Shown piece after piece: positions 27,701-36,956 of a stretch of DNA of 64,000 nt. Under the pieces are notes generated by a model. That model ran no database searches, had not been told where the DNA came from, and worked only from the letters and a program-made list of their open reading frames with translations. Made by a program: the position numbers and the translations under genes. Numbering within the stretch: position 1 is the first letter of the stretch; the number at the start of each line of letters is the position of its first letter. Source of the stretch: an uncultured Christensenella sp. (lineage in GTDB: Bacteria; Bacillota; Clostridia; Christensenellales; UBA1242); the NCBI GenBank assembly GCA_948466185.1, contig CAOJZM010000001.1, positions 22,742 to 86,741 on the forward strand. Direction: 5' to 3'.

Positions 27701-30700
27701 ACAAAAAAGAAAAAGAAGGCACCTATAAATTTTTATTAAGAGATGAATCCAACACAAATTATAGCGACAACGAATATGGCTTCTTAAATTATCCATCAAG
27801 TTTCCTTACATTAAATGTTACATCAGACGCGTCTCAACTTGAAGTCCTTCTTGAAGGAAATCCTGTAGATAAACAGGGATACACACTAACTGGAAACTTC
27901 TATCAAAAAACTGAAAATGATGTTACGTATTACAGTAAAACGCAAGATGAAGGATTTAACACCGAATCCAAACTCACCTACAAATATGCTTACAATATTC
28001 CTGTAAAGACAGAAAAAGCACTTAGAATCTCATATATTCCTGTGGCTGATAATGGAAGTCGAATTAAAAACATTAAAGTTTTATATTACGGGTATGTAAA
28101 AGCTTCAAAAACCATAACTGCTTATAATGACGGAAAACCTTTTGATGCAACAGCTTGGTATTATACTCTCAGTGACACGGTCACAAGAGAAATTGACATT
28201 TTCAACTATTCACAAACTGAAAGCTACGAAGAAGGCGTAAAGAGGGATTACCTACTCACCTTCTCTGGCTCGGGCATCGCGGAAGCAGGAAAATATGTTA
28301 TTATTCGAACTTACTTTGAAGATTCAACTATCGATAAATATGATTACTATGAAAGAGACTTAACCCTTTATGTCGACAGATATAACGTCATATCTGCACA
28401 AGAGAATGTCACAACTGACATCAATGGCAGCACAACAAGTTCTCTTGAAAGCATAGTTGGTGGAGACATCCTTATTTCAATGTACTCAGGAACTGACCAA
28501 CAAGCATTACAGGTTGCATTCCCAAGTTACAATCCTAACACTCACCTTAATTCAGGATCTTTCTTTACAAAAAATATTTTTGATGAAAACTTAGACACAA
28601 TAATTACCACAAAACCTTCCACAAATAAGCTCCCTCTAAGTGTTTATATTCCACAATATAAATACACTGAAAATTACGCTTATGATTACGCAAATAACTC
28701 ATATTCAGTTATTGAAAACAATACTCTTTCACGCCTTGGAAACTCCATTATTGAGGTGGTGGAGAAACCCGACGAAACCGTCTACAATCTTATTGTTGAA
28801 GGTATAAAAGTTGGAACCTATTACACTCTTGAAGAAGCTGAAGCAGCAAGAGCAAAAACAGATATAGAAGAATATAAACTTAACGCTTTTATCAAATTTA
28901 AATCTACATCTTCAAATAAAACCTATTACTATAAAACAAACGGTACCACCAACGGAGGCTATCTCAATTTCTATAAAGTATCAACCATTGATGAAACTGT
29001 TCCAGCAGATGCAGAGCCTTGTGTATTTAGTGAAACTGGTATTTACAATGTGATAATTTATCAGGGTTATTACGGTGGCAATACTGGTGAAGAGGGGTCT
29101 TTCAGAGATTTCTATCGTTTCGCCTTCGAAATACTTGACCCAGAACCTGAGTTCACCATACTCAATGAAAATGGAATTGAACTAAATTCTGTCAATGGAG
29201 ACTATTATACAAACTCGCAGACTATTGAAGTTCAATGGGAGGACTCAACCAGCGAATATATTGCAAACCTAAACCGAAATGTAAATGCAATTGCAATTGT
29301 AAAAGACGATGGCTCTACAGTATTGCTAAAAGACTCAGATATCAAAACACATGGACTTGTTCACTCTTTCACCTTAAACCTCAATGATATAAATCTTTGG
29401 GCAGAAGGCAGATCATTAAGTATAACAATGCAACTTGAAGGTTATACTGACAATCGCGGCACTTTAACAAAAAGAGTTTTTGTGGATTACTCCGCACCTA
29501 TTCAAAACCTTGCAAGGCTTATGGATAATGTAACTAACTCCTCAGGTGTCTTTGGAAGACTCTATCAAGAAATAAATTCACGTCGACTTCTTGACTTTGA
29601 CAGCAATGAAATAGATACATCTGTGTGGACCAACGCAAATTATTTGACTAATCTTTCCAGGGTTAGTTACTCATACTCTGCTTCAAGTGGAGTTATGAAA
29701 TATTACGCTTACAATGTAGAAAAATCCTTCTTCACAGACTTAAAAAGAAGCATTAATGCTGCAGATCCAACCAGCGTACAAAACATCTATTACAACAGAA
29801 TCACTAACTATGCAGATTATATTCAGGTTGATAAAAGTGGATTCTCGGAAATGAACTATACTAATGTTGCATATATAGAGGAAGACGAAGCTGACCTCAT
29901 TCCAAACGATTACTATGAAATTGTGGAAATTGACACTGCTGGCAACATGGTTGTATATGTTGTTCACATATACGAAAAAGATCATCTTGATGCAGGACAA
30001 CAAACATACGCTTTAACCTATGAAAACGCACTCTATAATGGCGACGAATATATAGCAATCCTTGACTCAAGCCTTGAAAATGAAGGTAACATATATTCAA
30101 ACACAGGATTTAAAATCACTTCTCTCAACTATCTTTCAGATTCTTGGGGCATTTACAGGATAACTGTCAATGGAGTGACAAGTATATATATGAATTCTCC
30201 TTGGCTTACAAGCGATGCAAATGATTCATATATCTATCAAATCCGTTCAGTTAATGGGACCTTAACATACACTCAAATTCCATTATCCGACCTATTTGCA
30301 AACATTACATCATCAAAATATAAACATACATTATCGCTAAGCAACAGATATCAAGGAAATCTTGTTACTGTATATATTGGGATAATGGACGCTTCTCTAA
30401 ACACCACAAAGTATTCAGATGAAGCAACAGCAACTTTAAACATCTTCGTTCCAACAAACGAGCAAGCAAATAGTACAACTGAAGCCTATCTCTACCCTAC
30501 TGAAATAAAAATGTATCAATTCTTAACTGTGGATGAAAGCTGGCATCTAATATCAAATATAATCAATTTGACTGGCAATCCATTAAACTGGTTAAGCGAT
30601 AATGATAATATTAAATACTCATATACAAACGGTATACTTTCAATTACAACCTCACTCGCCGCATTCTCAAGCACAAAACTTAAATATGAAATTAAGGACA

Positions 30701-33102
30701 ACTTTGGGAATATAACCTCCGTTATCCAATTGGTGAATGAGGAAACATGCGATGAAATTATAGGTAACGAAACAATTTATGAAAGTCATGAACCTGATTC
30801 AATAACCTATCTCTCCTCAAGTGACATGACTTATCAATATAATCGCCTGCTTTACCAAGTTAAAATCGAAAAGTATAATGGTTCTACCTTCCACGAATTG
30901 TCTGAAAAAGAGTTGAGGGAAGAAAGCATTGTCAAAGGCAACTATCTTAACACCAACATTAATTACTATCGTTTTCAAACAGGTTATGAGATTAATTATG
31001 ACAAGGTTTATAGGATATCCGTATATGAGATCGAATCAAATCTTGAAACTGATCACCCTGTGCGTATTATCAATGTACGACTTTACTACAAACTCCCATC
31101 TCTACAAACAACGGCCACAAAACCTGATAATAATACAATCAAAATTACCGATAAAAATGCCGACATAATAAGCGAACACGGCACACAACGAAATGTAAGC
31201 GTAAGTAAAGATGGCGTAATTTACACGGCAGATGCAACAACAATAAACACCTATTCAAACACTATAACAGTCAACTTTGATGACGGTCAATTTGGTTTAT
31301 CAAATGACAAATATAGTTATCTACAACAGTACCCTTACAGCATCTATTTCAGTGAAAACGGAAAAGATTGGGTAAATATAAACGGTTTTGCATCAAGTGG
31401 ATACAGAATCAACGGAAGCGGCAATTACAAACTTTTAGTAACCTATGATAATACCGAAATCTTTACAAACCTATGCAAAATATTTGATATCACTATAATT
31501 GACTCATCTTCAGTGTTCTATTACATAACCGTTGACGGAAATTTGATTACTAAATCTGATATAAAATATACCGACCCAAGCGGCCGCCAATATTCAGATA
31601 ACTACATTGTCAGTGTAAATTATAACGATAGAAGAGACCGTGTTGATGTTGTGGGTAATAACGAACTTGGTATTTATCCTATTATCTACAAAAACATTCC
31701 AACAGGAACAAATGTCTATATCGAAGTGTATTCCTACTCCAGTGACATATCCTCAGGATTCTTCACAATTATTTATATAGGCGAAACCAGTTCCATTCTT
31801 ACCCTCCTTAATTACGAGGATAGTTCTGGCTCCCCTATCTCACTACTTGGCTCAACCAATGCTACAATTGTGGCAAGTGAAGTGGAAACCGATTTCAATC
31901 GACTTAGACTTTCTTGGACAGAATACTATGGAATAAAGGAAAACACGATAAATATTGGAGTAGAAAAATTATTTAATAACACCTTTGTTAAAGTAGATGT
32001 AAACATTTATTCTAACGGCACAAACAGATATACTTACCTTACTCGTTCTGGAACGTATAGAATAACATTCTATGATTCATGTACACCTGCAAATATTCAA
32101 TCGTTTGGGAATGGAAACTATATAAATCTTGTTCTTCTCAACTCTGTACCTTTCACAGTAACTTATACAGATCCTGAGACAAATGAAACGCTGGTTACCG
32201 AACCTATTAATAAAAGCGTTTATAATGGAAGTGTTCAATTAAACCTTGTCAACCTTTCCTCCTACTTCCAAACCTCTGGTTATCCAGTAATAAAGGTGTT
32301 TAAGGACGGACTTGAATATAATGGCTTTAACTTATCAAATTATATTTACACCTTTACCGAAACTGGTTATTATAGCGTGAAATTTGCAGCAAAAAGTTCA
32401 AGCGGAATAGATGTGAGACAGGAAGAATTTATCTTCTCTATCATAAATAGAAATGAATCTCGTTATGCCTATGAATTTGCTCCTTATTCAAGCTACTATA
32501 TTGAAAAGGTTGTTAAAGATGGTAAAGATATAACCAAAAACTTGATTGCACTTGCAGGTAGCGACTGTGTAACTATCAACAATCAAAAATATCTTTCAAA
32601 ACTGCTGGTATCTTTCTTCGATGAAAGAACAGGGGCGGGAAGATATGTTATAACAGTAAATACTGGTGAGGCAACATACAATACGATAACTGCTACAAAA
32701 TTTTCATTTGGTTTCTGGATCAATCTTACCTCTCCTCCTATCAACGTTTCTATTGGAGAAGGAGGAACAACCACTGGCAACATAAACATAAAATTCAATG
32801 CTTACAACCTCTATGAATCTGTTGGGGATTGCTACATCAAAATTGCATCAGACAGATATGACATCAATGCAGATACACTTGAATCTATTGGTGGAGAAAA
32901 TGCGGGTATAACCATCACACAATCTGGTACATACTACATTCAAATTTACTCAACAAGCAATAATCTTCTCTATTCATATAAAGTTATCAAGACTGACCCA
33001 CTTAACACCTGGGCAATCATAGCGATTGTAATTGGAGTACTTGCCGTTGGCGTTGTAATCTTCATAACAATCAAACTTAGAAAGAGATTGAAAGTTAAGT
33101 AA
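24739..33102 (+). CDS. Giant (2787 aa) secreted, C-terminally membrane-anchored surface protein, predicted multi-domain beta-rich; no recognisable catalytic motif
   Basis: Single uninterrupted 8364-nt ORF with a GAGGTG SD. Signal peptide MLKIKNIFNSLLVCFVMLGCFGLGISLSSPLTA. C-terminal TM WAIIAIVIGVLAVGVVIFITI plus KLRKRLKVK, no LPXTG. The body is N/T/S/Y-rich with recurring G-x-Y-x-[IV]-x-[IVF] ... D-x-(A)GN strand signatures. Confidence 0.85.
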   Translation: MLKIKNIFNSLLVCFVMLGCFGLGISLSSPLTAEDNFTAKADLTNYDSVQNTLPEFVKLENTARKSFENYVFLTNNSSEIDLKIAADEKMLISHKTPAGIIDGQNYAYIPSSDLNIEDDPTTPDIDESKTEYYYFSFSNSLSLYYNLTNKDIENGTEGLDNILNGENIDLFATSKETAFPIQTYDFTPEKFEISFKLNTAISGDKIINGHTVSLKKEGCYTLALPLTYYHTTNNGQTFSTTSEVIYYTFMLFDYTTYFDSASELPTSSMQNTTVSHLTNSESHSTYYFYNYDKTNLPAFSYQPRKEQISVQFTDTDSNSFTRIIEFNPFTNIITQKDENGNETSDDKLFATYNSADGKITLTFNDLGEYDISYTFLYVSQNTVYKIPLTAKRQRLYNYGYQAFYTDYSKLDPNTNTTIPQEFKNISEDKTKFLNSADVTYLLSNNQHVSTTYDLDTLKQDAVDAINSSDVKPVSTNQTPVKFSSNAAKKGSKKYTLDAVTGEFDNGSIYDGSNINDAGTYLIVLDYSYNNYLSTSGTAQSSYHHYQIFYFTVENKTPSVTVVDEKGQNIHTKGYTNKSVFIVDDSAATLFDAKVRITLTAQDYLTGKYVFPETNIEDFKMGQYGITYYDGDMAVPGDKFNITDESGKITTLYQTGVYIDASKANAYRNAHYTINIYTENSKLPSSRSFTIDTNGITNLKAQNVRYSTSSTYSIVSDVNGGKTNQPIIFSWDNKISGAQTYGYYKYFELKSTQYYKGGDDDSLLLYSLIGSQEPFDILPVNAYLDLNSSSNQWTNYVNAVDYKTIVPSTYVRDQAGVYVFEVFDEAGNSNFELFFIDNTSPLFVKKIESQSSTIRSILSSNDTITVSEVYTASIEWANYKGIYLQELSETGRLNLYKSFVNDKLDKDENGRVELLKNKIDEFLSDNNVTTISGISGSTPNPEILPSYNAQYLKVKVSDNFYLKDSESSKYTEQTGNSYTIEFFTGTGEDKKEKEGTYKFLLRDESNTNYSDNEYGFLNYPSSFLTLNVTSDASQLEVLLEGNPVDKQGYTLTGNFYQKTENDVTYYSKTQDEGFNTESKLTYKYAYNIPVKTEKALRISYIPVADNGSRIKNIKVLYYGYVKASKTITAYNDGKPFDATAWYYTLSDTVTREIDIFNYSQTESYEEGVKRDYLLTFSGSGIAEAGKYVIIRTYFEDSTIDKYDYYERDLTLYVDRYNVISAQENVTTDINGSTTSSLESIVGGDILISMYSGTDQQALQVAFPSYNPNTHLNSGSFFTKNIFDENLDTIITTKPSTNKLPLSVYIPQYKYTENYAYDYANNSYSVIENNTLSRLGNSIIEVVEKPDETVYNLIVEGIKVGTYYTLEEAEAARAKTDIEEYKLNAFIKFKSTSSNKTYYYKTNGTTNGGYLNFYKVSTIDETVPADAEPCVFSETGIYNVIIYQGYYGGNTGEEGSFRDFYRFAFEILDPEPEFTILNENGIELNSVNGDYYTNSQTIEVQWEDSTSEYIANLNRNVNAIAIVKDDGSTVLLKDSDIKTHGLVHSFTLNLNDINLWAEGRSLSITMQLEGYTDNRGTLTKRVFVDYSAPIQNLARLMDNVTNSSGVFGRLYQEINSRRLLDFDSNEIDTSVWTNANYLTNLSRVSYSYSASSGVMKYYAYNVEKSFFTDLKRSINAADPTSVQNIYYNRITNYADYIQVDKSGFSEMNYTNVAYIEEDEADLIPNDYYEIVEIDTAGNMVVYVVHIYEKDHLDAGQQTYALTYENALYNGDEYIAILDSSLENEGNIYSNTGFKITSLNYLSDSWGIYRITVNGVTSIYMNSPWLTSDANDSYIYQIRSVNGTLTYTQIPLSDLFANITSSKYKHTLSLSNRYQGNLVTVYIGIMDASLNTTKYSDEATATLNIFVPTNEQANSTTEAYLYPTEIKMYQFLTVDESWHLISNIINLTGNPLNWLSDNDNIKYSYTNGILSITTSLAAFSSTKLKYEIKDNFGNITSVIQLVNEETCDEIIGNETIYESHEPDSITYLSSSDMTYQYNRLLYQVKIEKYNGSTFHELSEKELREESIVKGNYLNTNINYYRFQTGYEINYDKVYRISVYEIESNLETDHPVRIINVRLYYKLPSLQTTATKPDNNTIKITDKNADIISEHGTQRNVSVSKDGVIYTADATTINTYSNTITVNFDDGQFGLSNDKYSYLQQYPYSIYFSENGKDWVNINGFASSGYRINGSGNYKLLVTYDNTEIFTNLCKIFDITIIDSSSVFYYITVDGNLITKSDIKYTDPSGRQYSDNYIVSVNYNDRRDRVDVVGNNELGIYPIIYKNIPTGTNVYIEVYSYSSDISSGFFTIIYIGETSSILTLLNYEDSSGSPISLLGSTNATIVASEVETDFNRLRLSWTEYYGIKENTINIGVEKLFNNTFVKVDVNIYSNGTNRYTYLTRSGTYRITFYDSCTPANIQSFGNGNYINLVLLNSVPFTVTYTDPETNETLVTEPINKSVYNGSVQLNLVNLSSYFQTSGYPVIKVFKDGLEYNGFNLSNYIYTFTETGYYSVKFAAKSSSGIDVRQEEFIFSIINRNESRYAYEFAPYSSYYIEKVVKDGKDITKNLIALAGSDCVTINNQKYLSKLLVSFFDERTGAGRYVITVNTGEATYNTITATKFSFGFWINLTSPPINVSIGEGGTTTGNINIKFNAYNLYESVGDCYIKIASDRYDINADTLESIGGENAGITITQSGTYYIQIYSTSNNLLYSYKVIKTDPLNTWAIIAIVIGVLAVGVVIFITIKLRKRLKVK

Positions 33103-33107
33103 AACAC

Positions 33108-33139
33108 AAAAAAGCGAAACCTAAGTTTCGCTTTTTTTA
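33108..33139 (+). terminator. Terminator of the giant gene
   Basis: aaaaaa-GCGAAAC-ctaa-GTTTCGC-ttttttt. Confidence 0.8.
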
Positions 33140-33157
33140 TAAATCTAAAATTTTTTC

Positions 33158-33185
33158 TTGACAAATCCCCCCCCCGCTTTATAAT
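33158..33185 (+). promoter_or_regulatory. Near-consensus sigma-A promoter with a poly-C tract in the spacer
   Basis: TTGACA (33158-33163), 16-nt spacer aatCCCCCCCCCgctt, TATAAT (33180-33185). Confidence 0.55.
33167..33175 (+). repeat. C9 homopolymer
   Basis: Nine consecutive C, counted from ...acaaatcccc cccccgcttt.... Confidence 0.95.
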
Positions 33186-33213
33186 GGGCTATACCAAGTT
33201 TATGGAGGGAATC

Positions 33214-34401
33214 ATGATAAAAAATAAAAAGAAAAAATTTTTAAGAGCAATTTCAACTATTTTGGCAACAGCCTCAATCTTTACATTAGCCTCAGGAGTC
33301 GCAGCTGGCTGTTCAAACGAATCCGAAGCAACAGAACAGCCAACCAAAGTCGAAATATTTTACAAGGATAGAATCGAACAGGATTTCGATCAATTGCAAG
33401 ACTTATTAGCACACTTAATTGAGTATGATGACATTTCACAAGACGAAGAATTTATTATTTTGCAAGAAAGCATTGATAATTTCTATAATAACATAGAAAA
33501 GACAGAAAAAAGACCAAACATAATAACTCTTGGCACTAAGGCAAGTGGCAAAGAAGAAATGATTAAACTGGATAAGATCGACGAGACAATTGATACATTA
33601 ATCGAGAAATATGAAGATTATGACTACTGCTTAAAAGAATGTAAATGTTCAATTTTAAACAGTAAAGCAATAATTTATTACAACACTTTACAGCAAGGTT
33701 ATGATAAATATTTAGAAAACAACAAATATAGAAAATGTTTTGAATATTATGCTAGCGCCCCCCTTGGTTACTTGGGACAAACAGAGATAAAAGCCCAAAC
33801 AATTGAATCCGTAAGTCAAAAAGGTGAACAGTTCTCAAAAACAAGCCAAAGCGTAATATATAACGAAAATTTTAATTTATTGGACAGTGTTAGTATTCAA
33901 GATTGTCATGGAGTTTCTTTTTACATGGCAAAGAAATCCGTTGATTCCTCGAAAAATTTCCCCTATTTTCAGAATACTACAACATATGCTGCAACAAATT
34001 ATAAATTATATGAAACTAAAACGGGTTCAAGTTGGGGAAACTGCATACCCGAGCCTCAACAACGGCAAATAGATCAAATTGGTCAACACTTCTTTCGTGC
34101 AACAAAGCAACGTCCAGTTGAAATTTTTTATTCAGAAAGTAAGGGTTTTGTTGCTGAAGTCGAAGGCGTTATGCATGGTGCAGGTCCTAGTATATTTACT
34201 TTTAATATTGATGACAAGGGAATGCTAACAGACCTTGATGAAACGACATTAACAAAAAATGGTGACATTTGGTTTAGGAACTATAAAGTTTTATCTGGAA
34301 TAACAAAAAAAGAATACACTAAAACCTCATTAGAAATTCTTAACAAATATACTGAACTTGCAGAGAAGATTAATAACAAAACTGATGAAACTCAACAATA
34401 A
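33214..34401 (+). CDS. Hypothetical lipoprotein (395 aa)
   Basis: Start moved to ATG 33214 (GGAGGG SD at 33204-33209), because the track start 33184 lies inside the -10 box. MIKNKKKKFLRAISTILATASIFTLASGVAAG|CSNE is a lipobox. Confidence 0.7.
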   Translation: MIKNKKKKFLRAISTILATASIFTLASGVAAGCSNESEATEQPTKVEIFYKDRIEQDFDQLQDLLAHLIEYDDISQDEEFIILQESIDNFYNNIEKTEKRPNIITLGTKASGKEEMIKLDKIDETIDTLIEKYEDYDYCLKECKCSILNSKAIIYYNTLQQGYDKYLENNKYRKCFEYYASAPLGYLGQTEIKAQTIESVSQKGEQFSKTSQSVIYNENFNLLDSVSIQDCHGVSFYMAKKSVDSSKNFPYFQNTTTYAATNYKLYETKTGSSWGNCIPEPQQRQIDQIGQHFFRATKQRPVEIFYSESKGFVAEVEGVMHGAGPSIFTFNIDDKGMLTDLDETTLTKNGDIWFRNYKVLSGITKKEYTKTSLEILNKYTELAEKINNKTDETQQ

Positions 34402-34435
34402 AAAAGATGAACTTAAATGTTCATCTTTTTTTTTA
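34400..34435. terminator. Bidirectional terminator (lipoprotein / rplA)
   Basis: aaaa-AGATGAAC-ttaaat-GTTCATCT-ttttttttt. Confidence 0.8.
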
Positions 34436-35116
34436 TTATACGTTTGCAACAAGTTTGATTCCAGGACCCATTGTTGAAGCAATAGTAATGCTCTTTAAAT
34501 ATTGTCCCTTTGCTGCTGCTGGTTTTGCTTTAACAATCGCTTCAAGTACTGTGTTATAGTTTTCAATAAGTTTATCTTTACCAAAACTTACTTTACCGAT
34601 AACAACGTGAACAATATTGTTCTTGTCAAGTCTATATTCAACCTTACCAGCCTTAGCATCGTTGATAGCTTTTGCAACATCCATAGTAACAGTACCGCTC
34701 TTTGGGTTTGGCATAAGTCCCTTTGGACCGAGAACTCTTGCCACACGTCCAACAACACCCATCATATCTGGGGTTGTGATACAAACGTCAAAGTCAAGCC
34801 ATCCGCCTTGAATTTTTGCAACGATGTCCTCTGCGCCAACATAGTCAGCACCAGCTTTAGTTGCATCGTCAGCCTTATCTCCTTTAGCGATAACTAAAAT
34901 TTTAACAGATTTTCCTGTTCCGTTTGGAAGTACGCACACACCACGTACCTGCTGGTCTGCATTTCTTCCATCAACACCAAGCTTAATATGAAGTTCAACT
35001 GTTTCATCAAACTTTGCCTTTGGAAGTGCAAGAAGAGTGTCAAATCCTGTGCTAATATCGTAAGCACCTTGTTTGATTTGCTCTGTTGCTGCTTTATATC
35101 TTTTACCTAATTTCAT
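34436..35116 (-). CDS. rplA: 50S ribosomal protein L1
   Basis: [20 protein letters not shown]...[20 protein letters not shown]... is a canonical L1 sequence. Confidence 0.95.
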   Translation of the reverse strand: MKLGKRYKAATEQIKQGAYDISTGFDTLLALPKAKFDETVELHIKLGVDGRNADQQVRGVCVLPNGTGKSVKILVIAKGDKADDATKAGADYVGAEDIVAKIQGGWLDFDVCITTPDMMGVVGRVARVLGPKGLMPNPKSGTVTMDVAKAINDAKAGKVEYRLDKNNIVHVVIGKVSFGKDKLIENYNTVLEAIVKAKPAAAKGQYLKSITIASTMGPGIKLVANV

Positions 35117-35130
35117 AAGTGCAATCCTCC

Positions 35131-35559
35131 TTAGTCCACAACTGTGACGCCTAAACTTTTAGCGGCACCTTCAATCATAGACATAGCAGATTCAACACTT
35201 GTGCAGTTGAGATCAGGAAGTTTTGTTTCTGCAATTTGTTTAATCTGAGCCCTAGTGATTTTTCCGACTTTTGTTTTGTTTGGTGCTGCTGACCCCTTGT
35301 CAAGACCGATGGCCTTCTTGATAAGAACGGCTGCTGGTGGAGTTTTAAGCACGAATGTGAAACTTCTATCTTCATAGATAGTGATCACAACTGGAATGAT
35401 AAGTCCTGCTTGAGCTGCAGTCTTGTCATTGTACTCTTTGGTAAATCCGCCAAGGTTAATTCCGTAAGGTCCGAGTGTTGAACCTACTGGTGGTCCTGGA
35501 GTGGCTTTACCAGCTGGCAATTGAAGTTTAACAACTGCCTTAACTTTTTTTGTTGCCAT
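35131..35559 (-). CDS. rplK: 50S ribosomal protein L11
   Basis: [44 protein letters not shown]... is a canonical L11 sequence. Confidence 0.95.
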   Translation of the reverse strand: MATKKVKAVVKLQLPAGKATPGPPVGSTLGPYGINLGGFTKEYNDKTAAQAGLIIPVVITIYEDRSFTFVLKTPPAAVLIKKAIGLDKGSAAPNKTKVGKITRAQIKQIAETKLPDLNCTSVESAMSMIEGAAKSLGVTVVD

Positions 35560-35683
35560 TTTTTCCTCCTTGCGTGGTTATATTGAACTTTGGCAAAAGT
35601 CCTCCCACAAATTTTGGTAGTTTATTGTCTTGCCGGACATGTGCCATGGGCACTTTATTAAAAGCGATTATCTCGCTAATAAT

Positions 35684-36280
35684 CTAATTGATTTTGTGAA
35701 CTTGAGCAAACTCAAGGTCAACTGCGGTTTCCCTTCCAAACATCTCCACGTTAACTGTGATGACGTTGGTTTCAGTGTTTACAGCAGTTATTTCACCAAT
35801 CATACCATTAAGTGGTCCATCCACGATTTCCACTTTATCGCCAACCTCGAGGTCAACTTCCACCTTAATTTTCTCTAAGCGGAGTTTTCTGATTTCCTCA
35901 TCAGTAAGTTCAAGAGGTCTACCATTTGGTCCTGTAAAGCCAGTGATTCCACGTGTTCTGGTGATGTTATGCCAAAGGTCATCGGCGTATTTAATCTTAA
36001 CCAAAATATAACATGGCATTGATTTACGTTGAACAAGTTTCTTCTTGCCATTTTTTTCTTCAACAACGTCTTCCATAGGAATCACAATATCAAAGATTCT
36101 ATCATGTAAGTTAAACTTGTCAATCACAGTTTCAAGATTTTGCTTAGCAACATTTTCATATCCAGAAAAAGTGTGAAGAACATACCATTTAGCCTCTAAT
36201 TTATCAGGGTCAACGTTAAGTTTGTCATTAATCACCATGGTGTCTGGATTTTTCTTATTTTCAAGATTTTTTTCTTCCAT
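35684..36280 (-). CDS. nusG: Transcription termination/antitermination factor NusG
   Basis: KWYVLHTFSGYENVAK (NGN domain) and KOW motif GDKVEIVDGPLNGMIGEI. Confidence 0.92.
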   Translation of the reverse strand: MEEKNLENKKNPDTMVINDKLNVDPDKLEAKWYVLHTFSGYENVAKQNLETVIDKFNLHDRIFDIVIPMEDVVEEKNGKKKLVQRKSMPCYILVKIKYADDLWHNITRTRGITGFTGPNGRPLELTDEEIRKLRLEKIKVEVDLEVGDKVEIVDGPLNGMIGEITAVNTETNVITVNVEMFGRETAVDLEFAQVHKIN

Positions 36281-36299
36281 ATATCCGTCCTTTTAAATT

Positions 36300-36665
36300 T
36301 TAGCCAAATGGCACAAAAGGTTTGCCCATCAGAGCACTAGAAACAAAGCCTAATAACAAATCAATTGCAAAAAGAACAACAGCAAATATCACGACAACAG
36401 CGAGAACAACACCCGTTCTTTTAACAACATCAGTAAATGTTGGCCAGGTAACTTTTTTAAGTTCAGAAACGGTCTCCTTGGTTTTTTTGGAAATGGTGTG
36501 TTTCTTTTCCTTTTTCTTTTTATCCTTTTTGTTGTCCTTGCCCGCTTTTTTATCCTGTTTATTTTGGTCTTTTTTAACTGGTTCAGACTTTACTGCTGCT
36601 TCTGACGAAAGATTTGCAGTAGAGTTTTCTACTTCTTCTGTAACTAGTTTTGACTTTTTAGACAT
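36300..36665 (-). CDS. secE: Preprotein translocase subunit SecE with long Lys-rich N-terminal extension
   Basis: Start at MSKKSKLVTEE (ATG 36665, AGAGGGG SD). The conserved C-terminus ELKKVTWPTFTDVVKRTGVVLAVVVIFAVVLFAIDLLL is SecE-like. The longer track ORF (to 36857) is an out-of-frame overlap with rpmG. Confidence 0.8.
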   Translation of the reverse strand: MSKKSKLVTEEVENSTANLSSEAAVKSEPVKKDQNKQDKKAGKDNKKDKKKKEKKHTISKKTKETVSELKKVTWPTFTDVVKRTGVVLAVVVIFAVVLFAIDLLLGFVSSALMGKPFVPFG

Positions 36666-36678
36666 ATTAACCCCTCTA

Positions 36679-36840
36679 CTATTTGGTTTCTTTGTGAACA
36701 GTTCTCTTTCCACAACGTGAGCAGAATTTTTTGATTTCAATTCTCTCTGGGTTTGATGCTGAGTTTTTAGATGTTGCATAATTCCTTTCTTGACACTCAG
36801 TACATGCAAGAGTAACATATTTGCGTTTTGGTGCTGCCAT
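36679..36840 (-). CDS. rpmG: 50S ribosomal protein L33
   Basis: Absent from the ORF track (53 aa). My translation is [60 protein letters not shown]. Sits in the expected rpmG-secE-nusG position. Confidence 0.9.
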   Translation of the reverse strand: MAAPKRKYVTLACTECQERNYATSKNSASNPERIEIKKFCSRCGKRTVHKETK

Positions 36841-36861
36841 ATTTTTTCTCCTAACAAAAAA

Positions 36862-36920
36862 CTAACACCCGTCTAGCGAAGTGTTAGTCATATAATAACA
36901 TACAAACATAAAATTGTCAA
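36862..36920 (-). promoter_or_regulatory. Putative rpmG-secE-nusG promoter overlapping the terminator hairpin of the upstream gene
   Basis: Minus strand reads TTGACA (36920-36915), 17 nt (TGt), TATTAT (36897-36892). This is followed by the hairpin CTAACAC-N12-GTGTTAG plus TTTTTT (36887-36856). Confidence 0.45.
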
Positions 36921-36956
36921 CAGTTTTGGGAGGTTTTATACAAAAATGTTGTCGAT

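Noticed and set aside
35560-35683. Possible L1-binding autoregulatory leader between nusG and rplK (contains the palindrome GTGCCCATGGCAC)
   Set aside because: I cannot match it to a defined L1-binding consensus from memory. It may just be a weak nusG terminator or processing hairpin.
36666-36857. N-terminal 64 codons of the 185-aa track ORF
   Set aside because: They are an out-of-frame read across rpmG. The real secE start with an SD is ATG 36665.
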